Origin: an uncultured virus (IMG/VR IMGVR_UViG_3300037067_011443)
Taxonomy: Duplodnaviria; Heunggongvirae; Uroviricota; Caudoviricetes
DNA length: 64,000 nucleotides
Strand: one strand, 5' to 3'
IMG/VR virus record: IMGVR_UViG_3300037067_011443
The position numbers were made by a program, and so were the translations under genes. Positions 42,952-53,653 of this stretch are shown here, in pieces. The notes below the pieces were generated by a model. It did no database searches, was not told the DNA's origin, and saw only the letters and a program-made list of their open reading frames with translations. Position 1 is the stretch's first letter. Each line of letters starts with the position of its first letter.

Positions 42952-43204
42952 TTTGTATTTTTCACCTCTTTTCTTTTATATCAATAGGGGATAAACAAGA
43001 GTAGGGAAGGGTACTATACTTCAAATTACTCTCTGAGCAAGTGATTGTTGTATTATTATATTATTGTATTTTATAAATTACTTGCATTTATTTTATTAAT
43101 AGTATGTTATGTAATTCGTAGTAATATCTTGCTCTATCTATATATTATCATAGGTTAGAATGTTTGTCAAGCATTATGTAATAGAATTTATTTTAATAAC
43201 GCCA

Positions 43205-44971
43205 TCATATATTATCTTTAAAATATTCATCAACAAATCTATTACCTTCTCCAATTTGACTTAGATATAAATTCTCTTTTGCTCTAGTAATAGCTACATA
43301 AAAGAGTCTAGCTTCTTCTAATACATCTGATTTTTCATGAGGGAATTTGCCATCTTCTATACTAATCACAAAAACATGTTTAAATTCTAATCCTTTACTT
43401 TTATGTACGGACATTAATTTTATAGTGCCATCTTTTTTCTTTTTAGTATTAACTTTATATATGTATTCTATAAATGTTTCAAGATTATCGCCTTTAATAA
43501 ATGTTTTTAATGTATCAATCGCCTTCAATCTATCTTCTACTTCATTTTCCTCATATCTCTTCTCAAGATATTCTTCTATTTTAAATAACTGCACAATATT
43601 ATCGATTAATGTTTTTATGCTAACTTTTTTAGCTTGATGTAGTCGTAATTGTTGTATGTATTTTACAAATATCTCTGCGTTTTCTGTCTGCCAGTCTTTT
43701 TGATATCTTATAGAAGTTAAGGATTCAAAAAATGATGTATGTTTAAGTGCGGAAAATTCTTTTATTTTATCAAATATATCTTCTGAGAAAAATTTAAGTA
43801 CATGTGGTTTTTCTTTAAAAATAATATTCATTGCACCATCATCATGAGGATTGACTATTAATCTTAAAAATGACATTATCATCTCAATTTCTCTTCTTTT
43901 AAAGAAAGAACCATTATTAGCTATTTCATAATTTATATCCATATCTCTCAAACACGCTTCAAGCTTAATTGAATGAGAATTTAATCTAAATAATACTGCA
44001 ATTTCTTCTGGATTTTCTCCGTTTTTAAGCAATTCACTTATTCTATTAGATACTTTTTCAGCTTCATCATCTTTGTCTATATGTGAAAAGAATTCAATAT
44101 TACTTATATCTTTAGAATTTGATTTTGAACTAGAGTATAGCTCATAATCAGAGTAGTATGACTTAATAAATTTATCTGCATTTTCTACTAAGTTAAACGT
44201 GGAGCGATAATTAGTATCTAAATTTATAATTTTTGTATTATCCCATTCTTTATGAAAATACATAAACTGAGAAGGTTGACTTCCTGTAAAGCCATATATA
44301 CACTGTCTATAATCTCCAACAACAAATATATTTCCACTAGGACAAAACTGTTTGATTAATATGTTCTTTATTATATTGCAATCTTGGTGCTCATCTACTA
44401 AAAGATATTTAAACGTATATTTACTACCCTTATTGACTTTACTACACTCAACGAGTAAATCATCGTATTCTAATACATTTTTCTTTATTCTCATTTTTTC
44501 ATATGCTTTGTAAAATGATATTAATTCTTTGCGAGTATGTTTATTTGTAGTTACAATTACGTCATCATCATAAGTTAAATTAGAATTTTTCTGATACGAT
44601 ATAAAAGCAAGGATATCTTTTGTTTTAGGTTTTTTATGAATCTTTTTAAATTCATTTTCATATTCCCATTCCTTAATGGAGTTAGAAGACATTAAACATT
44701 CTTTACCTAATACTTGACTGCAAATTCTATGAAAAGTACCAACATTAACTTTTGGATATCCCATTGTTTTTAATTTTTCTTCTAATTGAGTGGCGGTTTG
44801 ATTTGTAAAACTTATAGCTGCTATATCTGATTGTTTTATTCCATATGTATCAATTAGGTTTTTAATTCTATTTGTGAGGACGGTAGTTTTTCCACTACCA
44901 GCCCCAGCTATTACAACACATGCCCCGTCTTTATGATTTATCGCTTCTAATTGCTCTTTATTAAACTGCAT
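43205..44971 (-). CDS. UvrD/PcrA-like SF1 helicase
   Basis: AGAGSGKT, DEHQD, GDYRQCIY, NYRS, HKSKGLEF and YVAITRA motifs. Confidence 0.95.
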   Translation of the reverse strand: MQFNKEQLEAINHKDGACVVIAGAGSGKTTVLTNRIKNLIDTYGIKQSDIAAISFTNQTATQLEEKLKTMGYPKVNVGTFHRICSQVLGKECLMSSNSIKEWEYENEFKKIHKKPKTKDILAFISYQKNSNLTYDDDVIVTTNKHTRKELISFYKAYEKMRIKKNVLEYDDLLVECSKVNKGSKYTFKYLLVDEHQDCNIIKNILIKQFCPSGNIFVVGDYRQCIYGFTGSQPSQFMYFHKEWDNTKIINLDTNYRSTFNLVENADKFIKSYYSDYELYSSSKSNSKDISNIEFFSHIDKDDEAEKVSNRISELLKNGENPEEIAVLFRLNSHSIKLEACLRDMDINYEIANNGSFFKRREIEMIMSFLRLIVNPHDDGAMNIIFKEKPHVLKFFSEDIFDKIKEFSALKHTSFFESLTSIRYQKDWQTENAEIFVKYIQQLRLHQAKKVSIKTLIDNIVQLFKIEEYLEKRYEENEVEDRLKAIDTLKTFIKGDNLETFIEYIYKVNTKKKKDGTIKLMSVHKSKGLEFKHVFVISIEDGKFPHEKSDVLEEARLFYVAITRAKENLYLSQIGEGNRFVDEYFKDNI

Positions 44972-45623
44972 ACTTTTTAGTTCCTCCTTGTGTTTTTTCA
45001 ATATATTCTTCTAATGCCATTTGTAATTTAGCACCTGCGGGTGATTTATTCAATTTATCTGCTTCATTAAGTTTTATAAGGTCGCAAATTCTTTTATCCT
45101 TAATAGATTCTGTAGGTCTCCATGCATTAATTAAAGATAATACTGACTGTAATTTGTCTATATGTATAAATAAATAAGAATTAGCATCATATACTTTATT
45201 TATTTCACCATGAATAACTCCTGAATAAGTCTTATAAAACAATGGATATAATATTGATTCTTTGTTTCTTACAAATTTAAAACATCTGTCTTTAACTGCT
45301 TTTTGAACTAAACTTCCTTTACCATTTAATCCAATGGTATTAAACCTATAATCCATATTAATTATTTTAATATCATGTGCATTAAGTATTATTTCAGATT
45401 CTTTCTGTTTGTTTTCTATTCTTTTTATAGTTAACAAAGCAGAATCAAGTTGCTCTTTTAATTCATCTATATTTTGAATAGCAATTTCAGATGCAATCTT
45501 ATTTGATTTATCTGTAATCTTCTTTAACCATTCTCTTTGAATACTAACTGCCTTTACAAGTGAATTTATTGTTTCATCATTGCTTTTCATATACTCTTCA
45601 AACATATCTCTCTCATTTTCCAT
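44961..45623 (-). CDS. ORF6C-like domain protein
   Basis: Coiled coil plus C-terminal SY..I......L..I..W.P pattern. Confidence 0.5.
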   Translation of the reverse strand: MENERDMFEEYMKSNDETINSLVKAVSIQREWLKKITDKSNKIASEIAIQNIDELKEQLDSALLTIKRIENKQKESEIILNAHDIKIINMDYRFNTIGLNGKGSLVQKAVKDRCFKFVRNKESILYPLFYKTYSGVIHGEINKVYDANSYLFIHIDKLQSVLSLINAWRPTESIKDKRICDLIKLNEADKLNKSPAGAKLQMALEEYIEKTQGGTKKYAV

Positions 45624-45624
45624 A

Positions 45625-46581
45625 TTAGTTTTCCTCTCTCTCAATTATTATATAATTATTTTCTTTTGGTAAATATGTTCTAATTTCAGCACACCATAAC
45701 TCAACACATTCAACTATATTACTTACATTTTTAATTACTGTAGGACTATGACTCATATCCATTAAGGCTCTTGAGTATTGAATAGGAGCTAATTTAGTTT
45801 TCAAAAAATCCTCAATTTCAACAATATAACCAGATAGGGAAGTGGCTGATGCAATTTGTCTACCTATGTCATCTTTTTCTTTTGTGAGGTTATCTATTTG
45901 TTCTTTTAGTTTTAAATAACTTTCTGATTTTTCTTCATATTGTTTCAATTGTTCTTCTAATATAGCTTCTCTTTCTTTTATTAAGTCATATTGAGTTTGT
46001 TTACTTTGTAAATCTAATTTAATTTTTTCAATTTCTTTATTCTTAGACTCTACAATAATATTCTTAGCTTTTTCTATTTCAGTGGTTTTTGTGTCAATTT
46101 CATCATTAAGTTGTTGTTCTAATTCTTTATTTTTAGATTCAATTTCAGTTTTTTGTTTTATATATTCCTGTTCTTTTTGACCAAGTAATATATCTGATTC
46201 CTTTTTTAATTCCTCTTTAGCCTTTTTTATTTCTTCTTGTAATTGACGAGTGGTTAAAGATTCTACATCATGGTCAGATATAAAATCATCTCTTTGGTCA
46301 GAAGGGATATCAAGTAATAACCATAATTTTTCAGAACCTAAATTTAAAGGCGACTTTAAATTTGAAAATTCATCTGCAATTCTCATAAATTTATTTGCTG
46401 TAACTTGACTAAAATCAACTTTATCTTCTAACCATTTACCCCATCCACCATGACCAACAATTTCTTTTGCCTCATTTAATCTCTTACCAATCTCTATAAT
46501 ACCTGTAGCTGTTTGTTGCTTATAGAAGTTAATTTCAGTTTCTATAACCTCTAATGGTCTTGTAATTTTGTTTTCTTCCAT
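45625..46581 (-). CDS. DUF3102 domain protein
   Basis: IIEIGKRL.EAK...HG.W..WL...FS..TA..FMR. Confidence 0.85.
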   Translation of the reverse strand: MEENKITRPLEVIETEINFYKQQTATGIIEIGKRLNEAKEIVGHGGWGKWLEDKVDFSQVTANKFMRIADEFSNLKSPLNLGSEKLWLLLDIPSDQRDDFISDHDVESLTTRQLQEEIKKAKEELKKESDILLGQKEQEYIKQKTEIESKNKELEQQLNDEIDTKTTEIEKAKNIIVESKNKEIEKIKLDLQSKQTQYDLIKEREAILEEQLKQYEEKSESYLKLKEQIDNLTKEKDDIGRQIASATSLSGYIVEIEDFLKTKLAPIQYSRALMDMSHSPTVIKNVSNIVECVELWCAEIRTYLPKENNYIIIEREEN

Positions 46582-46610
46582 TATGTAATCTTCTCCTTTT
46601 ATAATATAAT

Positions 46611-46763
46611 TTATTTTAATAATAACTGTTCTAAATATTTATCTAATTCTTCCTTTGATAGATAATAACTTATACATTTACTATTATATTCAAACTTCTT
46701 ACTTGCTAACTCTAATTCTCTATGTAATCTTAATATATCAGGTCTATTCATAAACGAACTCAA
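46611..46763 (-). CDS. 50-aa hypothetical protein (not in ORF track)
   Basis: Open frame downstream of a TTGACA-N17-TATAAT promoter (~46828-46800). Confidence 0.4.
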   Translation of the reverse strand: MSSFMNRPDILRLHRELELASKKFEYNSKCISYYLSKEELDKYLEQLLLK

Positions 46764-46853
46764 TTTTTATATCACATTCTTTCTGTTTGGTTTTAATTTA
46801 TTATAATACAAACCACAAATAATGTCAACAAAATTATATTAATAAAATATAAA

Positions 46854-48008
46854 TCATATTTCTTTAGTTATAACTCTACCATTTAGTTTCTTTACTACAG
46901 TAATATTGAAATCAGAATCCATTTTGTTTATTGCATCATTTTGACTATTTCTATTAAACTTAAGTTTCTCTTGTTGATTGTCAATTGTTAATTCTGATAA
47001 CGTCTTAAAACTAGCTATATAATTATCCTCTAATCTATATTTATGTACTTCATTTTCTATTTCTTCGGCTTTATATTGTCTAGATTCAGCATTACTAACT
47101 ATATAACTTATAAACTGTTCATTAAACTCTTTTATTAGTTGCTTTTCATTATCATAAAATTTAAATTCTTTTAGAAGATTATTACATCTATTTAAATTAG
47201 TATAATATATTTCATAGCTATCATAAAAATAGGATATATTTTGTTCACTAAGTCTATCAGATACCATCCTACAAAATTCAGATGCTTTTCTACCATAAAA
47301 ACATTCAGACTTAGATTTAATTCCTAAACATTCTCTAATTGATTCAGTAATATCATTAAAGTATTTAACTTCTTCTGATGTAGCTCTTACATTCTCATAT
47401 TCACATTCAAAAGTAGGTTTATTATTCTCCATAGATATATTTACTTTCTTTTTCTTAATCATAGGAACTTTATACCATTTTAAAACATCTGCACTTTGCA
47501 AATATTCCAAACACCTTTGTATGTAATATTTTATATTATCATCAACCTTCTCATAGAATTCTCTAATAATTACATTATCAATCTCTATTTTTTGACTAGC
47601 TTGTTCTTGATTATACTTAATTGGCATATAATTTTGATTAACCATTTCAATATATCTAGCGTATTCCATTAAGGGTAATACTATTTTATTATTTTCATCA
47701 TGTTCTGTTAATAATTTACTCAAAATAATAGGGGATAGGTACTTATATAATCCTGAATTAAGTTTGTTAAATGATGCAGGTTTAGGATATTTATATATTT
47801 CTTTAATTTTATATTGACCCTTACCAATATCTTCTATTAAACAAAATCTACTGGCTTTATTAAGTAATATTTGTTTAATACTATTATTAACCTTATTTGT
47901 TTTTTCATATGTATCTATATTTTTTTTAGTTCCAAAAAAACAAATTAAATCCTTATTTATTATTATTTGTTGGGTTAATATTTTTTTATAATTTGATTCA
48001 TTAATCAT
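46854..48008 (-). CDS. Hypothetical protein, possible replication initiator
   Basis: Heads the DUF3102/helicase cluster; preceded by an origin-like non-coding region; no firm motif. Confidence 0.35.
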   Translation of the reverse strand: MINESNYKKILTQQIIINKDLICFFGTKKNIDTYEKTNKVNNSIKQILLNKASRFCLIEDIGKGQYKIKEIYKYPKPASFNKLNSGLYKYLSPIILSKLLTEHDENNKIVLPLMEYARYIEMVNQNYMPIKYNQEQASQKIEIDNVIIREFYEKVDDNIKYYIQRCLEYLQSADVLKWYKVPMIKKKKVNISMENNKPTFECEYENVRATSEEVKYFNDITESIRECLGIKSKSECFYGRKASEFCRMVSDRLSEQNISYFYDSYEIYYTNLNRCNNLLKEFKFYDNEKQLIKEFNEQFISYIVSNAESRQYKAEEIENEVHKYRLEDNYIASFKTLSELTIDNQQEKLKFNRNSQNDAINKMDSDFNITVVKKLNGRVITKEI

Positions 48009-48641
48009 TTAATCTCTCCTTTTTTTATAAAAACATAGTAATATCAATAGTTTGAACCTGTTTTTTGGTAACATATTTCTCTCCTATCTTTTATATATAC
48101 TATAGGATAATAATATGTTACTTTTTATTTTATTAAAACCCTTGTAAATCAATACTTTTAACCATATTTCTATATTAAATCATTAATCTTTCGTATTTAT
48201 TTATAAAAGTATCTATTTTTATTATACTCTTCATAATAAATATTGTCAAGTATTAATTATAATTTATTTTAATAAATAGAATCTTAAAAATAAAAAATAT
48301 AATAGCAATAGGGGTTTGGGGGAAATGCAAAGGAATTTGTGACGTTAGGAACAAATGACTTCCCCCAAGAACTTATCTTGGTATTTTATTTATAATCATA
48401 TAATTTTTCAATATACTATCTTTTTTAAAACTTCCATGCAATTATCTAAATTATCTAATATATATTTAATTATAAACATTATTCCATCCTTATTAACTTC
48501 ATTTATTTTTCTAGTCCCAATTATAATGATACCATCTATATTTATAAAATTTTTACGTAATGAAACTATTTTGCTATAACTTATATGTGGTATAGTTTGA
48601 AATATTGAAAAGAAGTTATAGTATTTATTATTATCAAGTTT

Positions 48642-48830
48642 CTGAACCTCTGCACGAACTATGTTCGGCAGGTTCTGTTTTACTAATATCGTCTTTAGGC
48701 TCTCATTTATTAATATTCACATATTATAAATTACAACATCCTAACCATTGATAATAGTATCCACAGATTTTCACTAACTATATCACTATTGCAATATTAA
48801 CGTTAGCATCTGGCTCGATTCTCAACCAGT
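48642..48830 (-). ncRNA. omegaRNA scaffold 3' of tnpB
   Basis: Non-coding stretch between the tnpB stop and the right end; conserved in the second copy at 733-925. Confidence 0.7.
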
Positions 48831-48846
48831 ATTTTATTTGTTTTTA

Positions 48847-50310
48847 CTACATTCCCATACTACTTACTAATTTATTTTCACTGTTTCTTAATATATCTAT
48901 CTCAATATCATGCAATTCTTTAAATCTATCAAATCTCTCAAAACATAATTCTTTATTAATACTACTTAAATCACCATCTACATTCATAATAAGGAAACTA
49001 CTATATAAATCTCTTTGAATACTAAAACCATCAAACACATTCCATCTTTCAGATAATTCTTTTTTAATAAACATATCTTCAATATGATTATATTGACTGG
49101 CTTTTACATTCCATGTATCAATTTTCTTTAATTCTTTATCAATCCATTTAAGCTTATTATTTAATATAGTCAAAAACATACTTGGTGCTTTATTTGCTAA
49201 ACTCTTACCGAATCTTTTCTTTTTATTAATTCTGCCAGTTTTTTTATTTATAGTAGTATTTTTAGCACGTTTCTGTAACCCTTTATAGTTCATCGTTTCA
49301 ACTTTTATATTATTGCCTAAACTCAATATATGATTAGCTAATTTAATATGAGATTGCTTTCGTATTTCTTTTTGTTTCCTTTGTAATTCCAATAATTCAT
49401 TTTGAGTTTTAATATAATGATTACTCTTAATCCATTTACTTTTATCCTTAGTATTAATAGTACCATTATCATTAAATTTATTAGAATTAGTGGAACGTCT
49501 ACTTCTATCTAATTTCCTTTGTAATACTCTTTTTTCTTTCTCAATATTATTAATCTCTGGTGCTAATTCAAGTAGTTTAACTTCATTTTGTGAACTATAA
49601 GCTATAGTTTGTGTACCTATATCAATACCTACAGTACCTTCATTAATATAATGTTTAATTTCACCAGTTTGTCTATCAATCTTAATAGGTGGTATACCTT
49701 CCATAACTAATTGAACATAATATTTAGTTTTACCTTTAATAATTTCACGTTTGATTCTGCAATATTTAACTCTATTCTGTAAAGCCATTTGAGCATATAT
49801 ATCACTGTTTTTTATAATTAAAGGTATTTTAAGTTTATTGAAGATAACTATATTATCTCTAAATCTAATACCTTGTTTATTATCTGAACTTTCAAATGAG
49901 TACATTTCACCTTTGCGAATAAAATTAACTTTATCAGCTTGACCAAACTTTAATTTATCAATAACTTGCATAGCCCTTAGTTCAAGTTTAATAGTTATAT
50001 GACTACCTAAATCTTTAAATTCATTCACACGAAGGGAAGTGATTAATTTATTTATAGCCGTACCTTTTAATCCAAACTCTTCAGATATTTGTTCAAATAA
50101 TTTGTTACGTTCTTTACCTTTAGGCATTTTACATATTTGAATATATTTTTTACTTTGAATCATAAGATAATATCTTTTAAGCAATTTACCAAGAATAGCA
50201 TTATAATATCTACGAGATAATTCAAAATATTTATCTAAAGCTGAACTATCAGATATTGTAGTTTGTAACGGTAATGTTAAAACAAAACTTGATGTAGTTT
50301 CTCTAGTCAT
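48847..50310 (-). CDS. tnpB: Large TnpB-family nuclease (487 aa, no Zn finger)
   Basis: RuvC GIDIG, VE.M and QRD catalytic triad intact. Confidence 0.85.
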   Translation of the reverse strand: MTRETTSSFVLTLPLQTTISDSSALDKYFELSRRYYNAILGKLLKRYYLMIQSKKYIQICKMPKGKERNKLFEQISEEFGLKGTAINKLITSLRVNEFKDLGSHITIKLELRAMQVIDKLKFGQADKVNFIRKGEMYSFESSDNKQGIRFRDNIVIFNKLKIPLIIKNSDIYAQMALQNRVKYCRIKREIIKGKTKYYVQLVMEGIPPIKIDRQTGEIKHYINEGTVGIDIGTQTIAYSSQNEVKLLELAPEINNIEKEKRVLQRKLDRSRRSTNSNKFNDNGTINTKDKSKWIKSNHYIKTQNELLELQRKQKEIRKQSHIKLANHILSLGNNIKVETMNYKGLQKRAKNTTINKKTGRINKKKRFGKSLANKAPSMFLTILNNKLKWIDKELKKIDTWNVKASQYNHIEDMFIKKELSERWNVFDGFSIQRDLYSSFLIMNVDGDLSSINKELCFERFDRFKELHDIEIDILRNSENKLVSSMGM

Positions 50311-50344
50311 AAATTAATCACCTCTCTTTCTTTATGTAATATTT

Positions 50345-50773
50345 TCAAACCTTCATTTCAACTATCTTGTTAAAGCAATCTTGACATATCCTAATATCAT
50401 CTTCTTCATTCGTTTCACCAATAGCTCTTATGTAAAATACAGGTTGTTTTTCTCTACAGTGAAAACATAGTGAATAATCGGTATCTAATATAATAGAAAT
50501 TATTCCATTTTCCATTTCTAACTCAATCAAATCATTGTTAATCTCAGTTATATCAATAATATTATCAATATCTATACTCATTAAATCTTCACTAACTGAA
50601 TCATCGTCACCTAAAATTAGATACCCTGCGTCATCATCCCATACAAAATTCATATAAGTTTGAGTTAAACATGAACCATCAAAACTTAATTCAATTCTTA
50701 CTTTACCATTATTGAACTTGTCTAAAGCTTGTAATTTGTCTAATAATTCATCATACATATGTAATTCCTCCAC
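50345..50773 (-). CDS. Highly acidic cargo protein with C-terminal CxxC...CxxC
   Basis: Lies inside the IS ends, directly upstream of tnpB in the same orientation. Confidence 0.6.
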   Translation of the reverse strand: MEELHMYDELLDKLQALDKFNNGKVRIELSFDGSCLTQTYMNFVWDDDAGYLILGDDDSVSEDLMSIDIDNIIDITEINNDLIELEMENGIISIILDTDYSLCFHCREKQPVFYIRAIGETNEEDDIRICQDCFNKIVEMKV

Positions 50774-50806
50774 AAAATTTATTAGTAAGTTTTAACTTAC
50801 AATATT

Positions 50807-50835
50807 ATTATAGAGGATAGCTTTACAAAAGTCAA
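50807..50835 (-). promoter_or_regulatory. sigmaA promoter for the cargo gene and tnpB
   Basis: TTGACT-N17-TATAAT. Confidence 0.7.
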
Positions 50836-50864
50836 GATATATTTTTACGAAAGTAACAACATGT

Positions 50865-51107
50865 TTAATAGTTAGTAGTTTTTATATCAATATTGTATAA
50901 TTCTTTTACATCACATTTTAATACATAAGCAACTTTTTCCAATAGTACGATAGTAGGATTACTAGAATTCTCTAATGAAGATAAACTTTGCTTACTCATA
51001 CCAATTTGTTCAGCTATCCATGTTTTAGTAGCTCCTGTCTTTTTACGGTAATCTTCTATTTTTATAGATATGTTGTTTTTAAAATCAATTTCAATTTTTG
51101 TAATCAT
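50865..51107 (-). CDS. Xre/Cro-type HTH regulator
   Basis: IAEQIGMSKQSLSSLE...NPT...L.KVA..L; own promoter TTGACT-N17-TATACT at 51210-51182. Confidence 0.85.
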   Translation of the reverse strand: MITKIEIDFKNNISIKIEDYRKKTGATKTWIAEQIGMSKQSLSSLENSSNPTIVLLEKVAYVLKCDVKELYNIDIKTTNY

Positions 51108-51237
51108 ATATATTTCACTCTCCTCATACCATTATAAACAAAATATATGTAATAGGGAAGATATAAGGTATTACAAAAATTAGTATATCAAATCAATAAC
51201 AAAAAGTCAAATAAAATTATATTAATAACTCATTAAT

Positions 51238-51657
51238 CTATTTACCTTGATTTTCAATATACTTTTTAACAACCTCAAGACTGACTGAGCCAACAGTAGC
51301 AACAAAACAACTTCTGCTCCAAAACTTACTACCCCATAATTTAGTTCTTCTTATATAAGGAAATTCGTCAAATAATCTTATAGCTGTAGTTGATTTAATA
51401 ACTCTAATACATTTCATAATTCCATATCTAGGATTACAATTAATAATCATATGAACATGGTTTTTATCTGTTTCAATTTCTTCAATAATAAAATCATGTG
51501 CTTTAGCTATTTCAAAACATATTTCTTTTAATCTATCTGAAACTTTACCAGTTAATATTTTATGTCTATATTTAGGACAAAATATAACATGATAGCACCA
51601 TCTATAAACCAAATGTTCACTAGAATGAAAATTATCTAATTTATTATATGATTTCAT
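51238..51657 (-). CDS. tnpA: IS200 Y1 transposase TnpA
   Basis: YHVIFCPKYR, HVH and YIENQ motifs. Confidence 0.95.
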   Translation of the reverse strand: MKSYNKLDNFHSSEHLVYRWCYHVIFCPKYRHKILTGKVSDRLKEICFEIAKAHDFIIEEIETDKNHVHMIINCNPRYGIMKCIRVIKSTTAIRLFDEFPYIRRTKLWGSKFWSRSCFVATVGSVSLEVVKKYIENQGK

Positions 51658-52034
51658 AATTACCTCACTAAATCGCCACTATACTGCACAAGTTCCTGCG
51701 TCACTTGGCAGATAGCGTGGCTGGGTGTTTTCTATTTTCATTCTTTGGCATTTTTATTTTCTCCTTATAATATTTGTTATTGTGCAAAATAGATAAATTT
51801 ATATTAATAATTGTATAACTAATATTTGGTACATTTCATAGTTATCACCTCCAATCTAAAGTATAACATAAGTGAAATATGTTGTCAAGTATATTTATAT
51901 TGATAATAGTATATGGTAAAATTATATAATATAGAAAATATTATTCTATATATTTATATACATAGTACCCTATATACAGTTTTTATACTCTTTATTGTAA
52001 ATGTACGCCCCCCGTAACCATATAATCTCTATGC

Positions 52035-52688
52035 TTAATAAGCTAATGAACAAATAAGTTCATCTTCGTCTTCCTGCATAATCCCAATATATCTTAATGT
52101 TACTTCTGGTGAACTGTGTCCTAATAATTTCTGTACCATTATAATATCTTTATAACCATTTTTATCAGCACTATTCATATAAAGATGATATCCAAAAGTT
52201 TTTCTCATTGTATGTGTTCCTATTTCTTCAGTTATTCCTATTTGTCTTGCTGCATTATTTAATATTCTATATGCTTGACATCTTCCAATTGGAGAATTAG
52301 GAGCATCATTAGCTATATCTATATATTTAGTATTCATATTATTTGTATCCTCATTTATAACCCTAGTTTTAAATTTAACCATATTAGTGTATTTTTTGCT
52401 AGAGAATATATATTCATTATCTTTTTTATTTAATAAATAAGCATCTAACTCTAACTTAAATTCTGGATGTATTTTAATTTTACGAGTTTTACCTGTTTTG
52501 TTTTCTTCTACTTGAAAATATTCTTTATTGCGTAAGTCTATAACTCTAAGTTTTACTATGTCTGATATACGATATCCTGAGTAGATTCCTAGACGAAACA
52601 TTATATAATCTCTATAATTTGATTCTTTAAGTACAGATTCCATTTCCCTTATTTTTGATATATCTCTTATTGGTTGTACTGTTTCCAT
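52035..52688 (-). CDS. Small tyrosine recombinase (resolvase/XerC-like)
   Basis: RISD, KTGK, HTMRK and LGH...T.RY motifs. Confidence 0.9.
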   Translation of the reverse strand: METVQPIRDISKIREMESVLKESNYRDYIMFRLGIYSGYRISDIVKLRVIDLRNKEYFQVEENKTGKTRKIKIHPEFKLELDAYLLNKKDNEYIFSSKKYTNMVKFKTRVINEDTNNMNTKYIDIANDAPNSPIGRCQAYRILNNAARQIGITEEIGTHTMRKTFGYHLYMNSADKNGYKDIIMVQKLLGHSSPEVTLRYIGIMQEDEDELICSLAY

Positions 52689-53129
52689 AATTTAATTCTC
52701 TCCTTTAATCACTTATATTTATTTTATTATGAGTTATTTTTATGTGTTTTATTAGTAATTTAATTGGTATTGCTGTGTTCTAACTCTAATGTAACATATA
52801 TTGAGAGTTGTGTCAAGAGTTATTTTTTAAATAAATTATATTATTAGTTGTATAATTGTATAATAGATTATTATAGTTAGTAAAAATCATAGATAAATTG
52901 ATAAAATATTGAGATAGAATTGATTTATTATATAAATGGTTGATGTTTACTTTATTGGATTAATTAATATGCTTATAATTTTGTATAGTGTTGTTTTTAT
53001 TATATATATTAGAATTCAAAGTATCTATATAAAATATTATTAACCAATTGTGCAAGTTTTCTTAATATTTATTATTAGAATAGAAATCATCTGTCGTAAA
53101 TTTTATAAAAAAATAGTGTATATATATTG

Positions 53130-53229
53130 NNNNNNNNNNNNNNNNNNNNNNNNNNNNNNNNNNNNNNNNNNNNNNNNNNNNNNNNNNNNNNNNNNNNNNN
53201 NNNNNNNNNNNNNNNNNNNNNNNNNNNNN
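53130..53229. other. Scaffold gap (100 N) at the coding-strand switch
   Basis: Run of N; linkage across it is unverified. Confidence 0.99.
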
Positions 53230-53233
53230 AAGG

Positions 53234-53268
53234 TCTAATGATACACAATGTAATTATGTTACATTAGA
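53234..53268. other. lox/dif-like tyrosine recombinase crossover site
   Basis: TCTAATGATACACA-7 bp-TATGTTACATTAGA; arm repeated at 52785-52798. Confidence 0.65.
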
Positions 53269-53653
53269 ATTATTTGACTAATTTATATTAATATTATTGA
53301 TAGAATAGGGAATAATAATACTATACTGAATAGCTGTGATAGACTATATAAGCACGTTTGACGGTATTGTCTATATAGTAGCTACTAATGTATAGTATCT
53401 CTTAGCTATGCTACAAAATATTGATTTTATGTTGATTAGAGATAGTGAACTATAATTGGGTAACTAGTTAGTTATTATACTAACTAAGTAATACAATAAA
53501 TGTATCTGAGGATACAAATTTATAAAAATGTAGCTATAGATACAAATCGTTATATAACATGGGCGAATTTGAGTAAGTGTTATAACTGTATATGTATAGA
53601 CAAGTACAGTTGAATTATTAACTAACTAATCCTGTGAAACAAATATCTTAAAA

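Larger units (their letters stand above)
48642..51730 (-). mobile_element. Compound IS200/IS605 element: LE-tnpA-HTH-acidic protein-tnpB-omegaRNA-RE; target ATAGA, right end TTCAG
   Basis: Matching bulged hairpins CTGC-C(stem)...G-T-GCAG at both ends; excision restores an ORF. Confidence 0.8.
48408..51751 (-). pseudogene. 84-aa ORF split by the compound IS200/IS605 element
   Basis: AAGGAG RBS + MPKNENR (51751-51731) joins in frame to KLDNNKYY...IVY* (48641-48408). Confidence 0.7.

Noticed and set aside
5688..43637. Short plus-strand ORFs antisense to the structural and replication genes (e.g. 5688, 11281, 15632, 20236, 24637, 43347)
   Set aside because: Shadow frames of real minus-strand genes, without RBS.
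48355..48579. 74-aa plus-strand ORF
   Set aside because: Antisense shadow of the IS-split minus-strand ORF.
53050..53238. ORF spanning the N gap
   Set aside because: Artefact of the Ns.
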